64,000 nucleotides of DNA from assembly GCA_964388455.1 (NCBI GenBank), contig CAYMAN010000010.1:1459-65458 (forward strand), given 5' to 3'. The notes below the pieces were generated by a model. It ran no database searches. It was not told the origin of the DNA and saw only the letters and a list, made by a program, of their open reading frames with translations. Origin of the DNA: an uncultured Eubacteriales bacterium (lineage in GTDB: Bacteria; Actinomycetota; Coriobacteriia; Anaerosomatales; JAAXUF01). This document shows, piece after piece, positions 1 to 6,154 of this stretch. How positions within the stretch are numbered: the first letter of the stretch is position 1; each line of letters starts with the position of its first letter. The position numbers and the translations under genes were made by a program.

Positions 1-1
1 C

Positions 2-475
2 ATCACGCTTGCGAACCTCCGACGCGGCAGATACCGACCTTGTTCGCGCAATCCCGTCTTGGCGCAGTGTCTGTCGTACTTCCAGCGGATAGAGGAGCGT
101 GGCAGCGGGTTTCGGCGCATGCGCGACCAGATGCTCGACCATGGCTTGGAGCAGCCGACGCTCTCGACAGATACCGGCTACTTTCAGGTCACGCTCCCTG
201 GACCGGGCGAGGACATCGATCGTCTTCGAGCTCCTGAGAGTCTCGTCACGCTGTCACCAGCCGTTGACGCGAAGTTGAATCCACGTCAGCGAGCCATCCT
301 TGAGCACGCCCTGCAAGAAGGAGACGTTACGACTGGGTGGGCCATGGAGACGTTGGAGGTTGTTCGGGATACCGCTCACCGCGATCTGGTGGGCCTCGTC
401 GAGCTCAACCTGCTCGAGCGCAGAGGCGCAGGCCGGTCGGTGCGCTACGTTCCGAAAGAAGTCCGTTCAGAATGA
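2..475 (+). CDS. C-terminal part of an AlbA_2/HATPase_c_4-type putative transcriptional regulator (5-prime end lies outside the window)
   Basis: Frame 2 is open from base 2. The translated RNPVLAQCLSYFQRIEERGSGFRRMRDQM...YFQVTL resembles the conserved RNP..a....g.iE..GsGi.rm core of this family. A winged-helix-like tail follows (PRQRAILEHALQEGDVTTGWAMETL...RSVRYV). Stop TGA at 473-475. Confidence 0.55.
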   Translation: MTLANLRRGRYRPCSRNPVLAQCLSYFQRIEERGSGFRRMRDQMLDHGLEQPTLSTDTGYFQVTLPGPGEDIDRLRAPESLVTLSPAVDAKLNPRQRAILEHALQEGDVTTGWAMETLEVVRDTAHRDLVGLVELNLLERRGAGRSVRYVPKEVRSE

Positions 476-477
476 AA

Positions 478-578
478 TCATTCGAGAACCGTCATCCGAC
501 GGCTTCGCGCAATCATCCGATTCCGTCTTCGAGTGCAATCATCCGACAATCATCCGACCCATCTGCCCAAGCATCCGA
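478..578 (+). repeat. Array of six direct (A)ATCATCCGA repeats (iteron-like) in the intergenic region
   Basis: TCATCCGA or a one-mismatch variant starts at 478, 492, 513, 539, 550 and 571. Spacings are 14, 21, 26, 11 and 21 nt. The array lies directly upstream of the ORF starting at 635. Confidence 0.7.
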
Positions 579-634
579 TTGAGAGAAGAAAGCGATGTCG
601 GTCCAGTGAGCAGCCTACCGGGTGCTGGATAACC

Positions 635-1792
635 ATGGGCGAGCCTGATCGCCTGCCCTCGGTCGAGATCTTCGCGAGGAACGTGACCGATCGCAAGGGG
701 CTCGGGTTCTGCCTCATGGATGCGGCACGCGCAGAACTCGACCCGGCCGCCTCCGAGATCGCGATCGAGCAGAGGGCCTCAGAACTACTTCTGCAGGCGC
801 TCTGCTCCGTCGGCATCGATCCCCGGACCGAGCGACTGCAGCGCAATCGTCTGTCCTGCCTCTTATCCGGCGATCCTCTTCCGGTGGACGAGGTCCAACG
901 CGCCGTCGAATACGTTCTGTCTCAGATGGTCATCCAGCCGAAAGGCGCGCTGGCCGAATGCCTGGCGATTCCGCTCTGCGTCGAGCATCTTCAGACGTTG
1001 AAGGCAACCGGGCGTGTTCCAGCGAGTGCCGCGTTCAAGCGCGGCGTGTGGTCGCGGCGGCTGCGCCGCAGCGACACCGACGAGCGCGGTGTGTTCGAAG
1101 AGTGGCGCGAAGGCGCTGACGGCATCTTCTGCGCGCCGGCCACGCCTGAGATGGAGATTGTGCTCGACGATGGCACATCCTCCCGACGGCTCCCGGCAGA
1201 TGGTGACCTCCTCGTCTTCGGTGTCACCGAGGTCAAGTGCTACAGACGCGTGTCTCGCAGGGCGCTCGTAGAACAACTCGACAGACATTTGGCGCGAATG
1301 GGCGGTGGGCTGCAATTGCGGGACCCGCGGGGAAAGACCGTCGAGCGCGAGTACCCACCCGACCGGCTGTGGTACGCGGTCGACGACGGAGGATGCCTGC
1401 GTGTGCTGCCCGCCTTGGATATCCCATTTCGCCTAGTGCGTCGAACCACGCGAGATGGCGGACGCCCAGCAGTCGTTTGGTCGCATCCGCTGATGGACTC
1501 CTTGGTCCGCCTTGCCGTTGGCCCGCAACCCTGCGGAATGCAAGAAATCCGTACTCGCCCGAGGCGCCCCGTCTTTGACACGCTCATTCCCTACGATCAG
1601 GACCAGCTTGAGGAAATGGGCGTGGCGATGGCCCACTACAGTCTCGGGGCCATGGCTGATCAGCCTGGCCTGGATCTTTCAGGAGCCGAATGGTCGTGGA
1701 ACGTCGAAAGAGCGATGCAGATCGTCGATGATGACGGTCTTTCCGTTCCGCAATTGGCGCGGCGCAAGAAGCTCCTTCACCATTTCGAATAG
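635..1792 (+). CDS. Hypothetical protein (385 aa), no family recognised
   Basis: Long ORF in the track (533..1792). I trimmed it to the ATG at 635 (MGEPDRL...) because the upstream part overlaps the repeat array. Contains a D-x(n)-E-x-K-like string (ADGDLLVFGVTEVKC). The start is uncertain and the SD is weak. Confidence 0.45.
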   Translation: MGEPDRLPSVEIFARNVTDRKGLGFCLMDAARAELDPAASEIAIEQRASELLLQALCSVGIDPRTERLQRNRLSCLLSGDPLPVDEVQRAVEYVLSQMVIQPKGALAECLAIPLCVEHLQTLKATGRVPASAAFKRGVWSRRLRRSDTDERGVFEEWREGADGIFCAPATPEMEIVLDDGTSSRRLPADGDLLVFGVTEVKCYRRVSRRALVEQLDRHLARMGGGLQLRDPRGKTVEREYPPDRLWYAVDDGGCLRVLPALDIPFRLVRRTTRDGGRPAVVWSHPLMDSLVRLAVGPQPCGMQEIRTRPRRPVFDTLIPYDQDQLEEMGVAMAHYSLGAMADQPGLDLSGAEWSWNVERAMQIVDDDGLSVPQLARRKKLLHHFE

Positions 1793-1962
1793 ATCTCTGA
1801 TGAGCTCTCAAGGTGCTCGATAGCGAAATCCGTGATCCCAAGATACTGCTGATGGAGAAGAGAGGCATGTACCCTGGGCCCAAACGCAGCCAACTCCAGT
1901 GATGTCTCGAGTGCTCAATGTATGCCCGCCCTTTCTGCGAGCTCGATGGCGAGGGGCTGCGC

Positions 1963-3384
1963 TTACCGCTGAGGGAGAGGCAGCTCAATTGAATCGCCTT
2001 TCGCACGTCGGCTAGACGACTCACCCCCACAGTCTGGGCAATCCGGCTCCTTTGGAAGCCCTTTGATGGGCTCCATCTTGCGTTCGCGGGGACGAATTCG
2101 CAGGTGGTCCAAGGGCGCGCACGGATCGATCATTCCGCCCATCATGAGCAAGAAGTCATTCGCGGCCTGAGCAGCCGCCATCGTGTTGAAGGTGATCACG
2201 CTGGGCGCGTGAACCTCGTCAACGTAGCGGTTACGGTCTCGTTCATGTGAACTCAGTGACTCATCTTGCAGCTTCGCTGGCGAGATCAGACGAGCACATC
2301 GCAAACAGCCTGAAGCGGGCAGGACGAGTCGGACATTCGTACGGATATCCCGCACCCCACCTGAGAAGGGCTCGCTCTCGATACGCGTGCCCATCTGGAT
2401 GCCTGGTATCAGGAACTGGTGCACGATGGCGTTGAAGACCATCTTTGCCTGATGGGAATCGGCAGCGAGAAAGATGAAGTCGCAGTCCTGCAACTCCTTC
2501 GCCGCTTCGGGCTCAATGACATTCTGAGCGATCCCGACAAAACGGATTGTCGGATTCGCTCGCTTCGCGTGCCGCTTCGCGAGCGTGACCTTCCTAGTCG
2601 AAAGACGGTCGGCCACAGACTGAAGCCCTAACCGGCGAAGGGGCATCATGGCGTCGAGTCGTCGCGCGTCGAGACGCGGTAGATTGGTCGGGTCGACGCG
2701 GTCGGGATCGATCACAAGAAGTGTGCCGACGCCAAGCCGCGACAACATGGTCGCCAAGGGAAGCCCAACGCCCCCGCCGCCGATCACGCCCACCTTCAGC
2801 CCTCCCAGAAGTGCTTGCCCTCTGTCGCCAAACCACCGCACCTGCCGATCGAACGTCAGATCGGCCTTCGGAGGTGGAGGTGGTGGCGAAGGATAGAGTC
2901 GGAGTAGGTTCCTGCCGACCACAACGGTTTGCCCAACTGGACGGCGCTGGCGATCAACCGTCCAGATATCGCCAGCCACGGAATTCTCAGCAAAGACCAG
3001 TGCCCCGACCGGCTGGTCGGAGATATCCAACAGCGCCGGGTAGCCGCGTTCGTGAGAGTGGTTGTCGGCGTCGCTGAACTCGACATGATTCCGACCACCG
3101 TGGTTGTGCACTGCTAGATACGTGAGGCCGTGATCGCGGCAGAAACGGATTCCGTCGCTTACGAACTGCGCCGTTAGCATGCGGTGTCCCCAGCGCCCCG
3201 GAACGAAATCAAGGCCGTCGACGGCCTTGAGCACATGCCGCGCAAGCAAACGCGTGCCGCGCGACGAGCGAGTGATTCCTGCCGCTATGACGGCGCCATG
3301 TTCGTCCCCATCCCCCGGGAACAAGTGCTGCATCAGCTCCGTATATAGATGCTCGTCCATGGTAAGGGTCCATGAATCAGCCAT
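1963..3384 (-). CDS. JAB/MPN metalloprotease fused to ThiF/MoeB-type E1-like adenylating enzyme
   Basis: N-terminal region has the conserved Glu (DEHGAVIAAG) and the JAMM motif HNHGGRNHVEFSDAD (H-x-H-x8-S-x2-D). A PSPPPPPPK linker follows. Then comes a Rossmann GVIGGGGVGLPLATMLSRLGVGTLLVIDPDRVDPTNLPR (E1/ThiF signature) and two CxxC pairs (CLRC, CPDC). The start ATG overlaps the upstream stop (ATGA at 3382-3386). Confidence 0.85.
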   Translation of the reverse strand: MADSWTLTMDEHLYTELMQHLFPGDGDEHGAVIAAGITRSSRGTRLLARHVLKAVDGLDFVPGRWGHRMLTAQFVSDGIRFCRDHGLTYLAVHNHGGRNHVEFSDADNHSHERGYPALLDISDQPVGALVFAENSVAGDIWTVDRQRRPVGQTVVVGRNLLRLYPSPPPPPPKADLTFDRQVRWFGDRGQALLGGLKVGVIGGGGVGLPLATMLSRLGVGTLLVIDPDRVDPTNLPRLDARRLDAMMPLRRLGLQSVADRLSTRKVTLAKRHAKRANPTIRFVGIAQNVIEPEAAKELQDCDFIFLAADSHQAKMVFNAIVHQFLIPGIQMGTRIESEPFSGGVRDIRTNVRLVLPASGCLRCARLISPAKLQDESLSSHERDRNRYVDEVHAPSVITFNTMAAAQAANDFLLMMGGMIDPCAPLDHLRIRPRERKMEPIKGLPKEPDCPDCGGESSSRRAKGDSIELPLPQR

Positions 3385-3800
3385 CAGTGGCCCTCCAAGA
3401 ACGACATCACGCGCAGCAGCTTATGCAGTGCCGTATCCGTTGACGGCTTCCACCGGTTTGAACGCCGCGACACCTGTATCGCCGCCTTCTCGAACCCGGG
3501 CATGACTTGCCCGCGCGCCATCGCGGAGGGTAGCGGCCCCTCAGGGTGGTCCACTGGCGCCGCCCCAGTCCCTGTATAGCGGACGGCCGGGTCGATGAAA
3601 TGGGGATAGACGTCCGATTCCGGATAGGACCACGTCATGTGGAAGCCGACCCATGAGACACTAGGCTCAAAGCATCGACCGATGTGGAGTCCCTCGACGA
3701 TGACGTAGGCCCCGCCATCAGGATCTTCCATGACCTGAAGGGCATGGCCGGCCAGTCCTTCGCGCATCTGGTTGAGCGCCGTTTCGACATTGGGCTTCAT
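3384..3800 (-). CDS. Prokaryotic E2/UBC-like protein (Prok-E2 type), canonical catalytic Cys not evident
   Basis: 138 aa. WSYPESDVYPHF flap-like motif, and IQVSRRSNRWKPSTDTALHKLLRVMSFL resembling the W.rwSRH...W....D.L helix of E2-like proteins found next to Multiubiquitin/E1/JAB genes. ATGA overlaps at both ends (3798-3802, 3382-3386). The family call is from memory, not from an HMM. Confidence 0.6.
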   Translation of the reverse strand: MKPNVETALNQMREGLAGHALQVMEDPDGGAYVIVEGLHIGRCFEPSVSWVGFHMTWSYPESDVYPHFIDPAVRYTGTGAAPVDHPEGPLPSAMARGQVMPGFEKAAIQVSRRSNRWKPSTDTALHKLLRVMSFLEGH

Positions 3801-4120
3801 CAGGAATCGTCGTCTCCGTCGTTGGCGGTGAAGACCGAATGCGCAGTGACCGGAATCTTCTCGTCATCACCGATGACACGAGCATCGTGACCCGCATGCG
3901 CTTCGAGTGTCAGAAGGAAGTCCTCCTGGATCTCAACACCCTGGGCGACGGCGGCCCGCTTGATGTCCAGTCCTGTCACTCGGTGCGACGTGAGGAAGAC
4001 CGGCTTCTGATTAACAGTCACCGTTACACCCTTGTCGTGACGCTGGTCCTCGTGGATCCGCTCCTGATCTTCGCGCAATATCTCTTCGTCTTCGCGCACC
4101 CGCTCGTCGTGCTCGTTCAT
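3800..4120 (-). CDS. Multiubiquitin-type ubiquitin-like (beta-grasp) protein, single domain, 106 aa
   Basis: Track ORF 3800..4294 trimmed to the ATG at 4118-4120, which has a strong SD (AAGGAGACTTCC ATG). Acidic/His-rich N-terminus (MNEHDERVREDEEILREDQERIHEDQRHDKG). Then VTVTVNQKPVFLTSHRVTGLDIKRAA...DDEKIPVTAHSVFTANDGDDDS, typical of Multi_ubiq domains. Confidence 0.65.
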   Translation of the reverse strand: MNEHDERVREDEEILREDQERIHEDQRHDKGVTVTVNQKPVFLTSHRVTGLDIKRAAVAQGVEIQEDFLLTLEAHAGHDARVIGDDEKIPVTAHSVFTANDGDDDS

Positions 4121-4310
4121 GGAAGTCTCCTTACTCTGATGCAACCCGGCCTCCCGGGCCGCTGGACACGGCCTCTCATTGTTGCCAGACGGCACTGACA
4201 TGTTCGGGACAACACCGCTCACCGTCGCCGATTGCGCGCTGTTCCGAATCCTTGTCATCGATGCCCTCAACCTATAGCCTCGGGGGCGTGACACTGGAGA
4301 GGGGACGCCG

Positions 4311-4775
4311 ATGCCGGCGAGGGTTGCTCACTGCGAGAGGTTGGCAGCAAAGCTTCACAAGGATCTGGGCCTCGCCGTGCCCGTTGACGTCGATGCGGCG
4401 GCGGCCCGGCTCACCCTGCGTCTGGTCGTCAAACGCAGGATGCGTGATGAGGCGTTGCTGGCGCCCATAGAGAAGATCATCTACGTCAACGGAAAAGCTC
4501 CACTGAACCGCAGACGGTTCAGCGTGGCTCACGAAATCGGACACTACGTCCTAGATCACGAACGGGAACGGCTTGATCGCTACGAGGAAGAGACTCTGAG
4601 TGGGTCAAAAGTATGGGAAGCCGAGGCGAACTACTTCGCCTCGGCTTTCCTCATTCCGAAGGCAGACATCCTCGCCAGCCGTGCCGCTGGGCTCGATTTC
4701 GAAGCCATGCTGTCGAAGTACGTTGTTAGCCGAGAAGTATTGACCATTCGCCTGACGAATCTGAAGCTGCTCTAG
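4311..4775 (+). CDS. ImmA/IrrE-family zinc metalloprotease
   Basis: HEXXH motif in RFSVAHEIGHYVLDHE, followed by EAEANYFASAFLIP, the typical ImmA/IrrE (DUF955) core. Divergent from the Ubl operon. Confidence 0.8.
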   Translation: MPARVAHCERLAAKLHKDLGLAVPVDVDAAAARLTLRLVVKRRMRDEALLAPIEKIIYVNGKAPLNRRRFSVAHEIGHYVLDHERERLDRYEEETLSGSKVWEAEANYFASAFLIPKADILASRAAGLDFEAMLSKYVVSREVLTIRLTNLKLL

Positions 4776-5350
4776 ATCCCCCGCCTGTCGCGCATTGCGG
4801 AGACGCGATCGAAGTATTCGTTGGCCTCTGTCCTACTGAGAGCATGGCCCCGCCCGCCCACGTCCTTTGATCTGGCGAAACTCGCCCCAAGTTCGACCGT
4901 CGTGCGGTTCACATGCTGCAACGCCAACAATAGAGCAGCCTTCATGTCGGCCGCGGAAAACGAGAGGCAGGCCAGCCAGTCCGCCAACACTCTCGGTGAC
5001 AGGACGGAAGGATTGGCGCGTCCAGCTTCGACTCGTCCGGCGATCAGGCCGTCAATTCCCACCTCGGCCGCGACGACGTCGAGTGTTCTGCCTTCCGCCT
5101 CCCGGCGCACCCTCAGCATCATTCCAAAACCGCGGCCAAGAATACGATTGACATCGGGCCCGACTTCTTCCATCGAAACTCCGTTAACTGCTTCGTTCAA
5201 GGCGGCGTAAGTCTCGGGGCGAATCGCGCCACTCGACAGCATGGACTCCATCAGTAGCTCCGCCAGGTCATCAGCGTGCTCGTCGTCCGATGGTTGCCAT
5301 GCGGCGGCTTCCTCATTAATCATCTTCACGAACTCGTCTGTCGGATTCAT
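4772..5350 (-). CDS. XRE-like helix-turn-helix domain protein (192 aa)
   Basis: HTH-like segment LRVRREAEGRTLDVVAAEVGIDGLIAGRVEAGR. SD GGAGGAG lies 9 nt upstream of the ATG at 5350. Located immediately downstream of the sigma factor gene. Its 3-prime end overlaps the ImmA stop by 4 nt (convergent). Confidence 0.55.
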   Translation of the reverse strand: MNPTDEFVKMINEEAAAWQPSDDEHADDLAELLMESMLSSGAIRPETYAALNEAVNGVSMEEVGPDVNRILGRGFGMMLRVRREAEGRTLDVVAAEVGIDGLIAGRVEAGRANPSVLSPRVLADWLACLSFSAADMKAALLLALQHVNRTTVELGASFARSKDVGGRGHALSRTEANEYFDRVSAMRDRRGI

Positions 5351-5407
5351 TTTCTTCTGCTCCTCCGGTAGCTGTTTCTCGCTCCGCGTGTCTCGGGGGA
5401 ATGAGGG

Positions 5408-5968
5408 TCAGGGCCAGAGCCCTTGTTCTTCCAGGGTGCGTTTGAACGCCGCCAATACCCGGGAGTACGCCTTACGAACGGCATCCGCGTTGAGGCCGCA
5501 CTCTGCCGCTATCTCCTCGTGCGTCCAGCCAAGAACCAGCCGCTTTTCCATAAGATCCCGTTTTGGCTTGGCTAGCCCCGCCAAGTAGGCGCCCGCCGAT
5601 TCCTTGAGTTTGGTCATAGAGTCGGAGCCAAACCGCGTAACGCCGGGTGCTTGGTCATTCTCACGGTCCTGCACGAGAGAACGCGCGACGTGCTGTCGCA
5701 TCTTCTGCATTGTCCAGTTCGCGCGTAGGTAGACCCAGTTGGTGACAGGAATGCTCTTGTCGTATGTCGGCAGGTCGCTCATCAGCCGAATCGTCATCTC
5801 CTGCAGGCAGTCCTCGGCTTCCTGACGGTTGCCGAGGCGCTTGGTCAGGTAGCCGACGAGTTGGCGGCCCATGACTACCGTCACAACCTCAACCGCCTTG
5901 TCTGGGGCATTGCGGGCAAGATCGAAGAACTCATCGTCTGTTGGAAGCTCTATCGGATTCACGGCCAT
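5408..5968 (-). CDS. ECF-type RNA polymerase sigma-70 family factor
   Basis: Region 2-like EAEDCLQEMTIRLMSDL...NWVYLRANW and region 4 HTH LVLGWTHEEIAAECGLNADAVRKAYSRVLAAFKR. The start could be the TTG at 5971 or the ATG at 5968. Confidence 0.8.
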   Translation of the reverse strand: MAVNPIELPTDDEFFDLARNAPDKAVEVVTVVMGRQLVGYLTKRLGNRQEAEDCLQEMTIRLMSDLPTYDKSIPVTNWVYLRANWTMQKMRQHVARSLVQDRENDQAPGVTRFGSDSMTKLKESAGAYLAGLAKPKRDLMEKRLVLGWTHEEIAAECGLNADAVRKAYSRVLAAFKRTLEEQGLWP

Positions 5969-6154
5969 CAACTCCTCGAAGAATGATTATCCATGGCCGT
6001 CGATCGGCCAAGCATCAGTAGCTACGAATAGGCTCTCCACACAATAGCCTCCAACGCGTGACACCGATCTTTCGAACCTAGGTCTTCGCTGTTCCCGGCC
6101 TGAGCACTCTTCGCCGAGGTGCCACCTCGATGCAAGACGCGAAGGTGAGACGAC

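Noticed and set aside
4200-4250. An ECF-type promoter for the Ubl operon (GGAAC on the minus strand at 4241-4245).
   Set aside because: The expected CGT-type -10 element is not at the proper 16-17 nt spacing (GGTGAG is found instead). A single pentamer match is not meaningful in GC-rich DNA.
5961-6000. An 8-bp inverted repeat ACGGCCAT...ATGGCCGT around the sigma-factor start as an operator.
   Set aside because: The arms are short, the spacer is 24 nt, and it overlaps the start codon and SD. It is compatible with chance in this composition.
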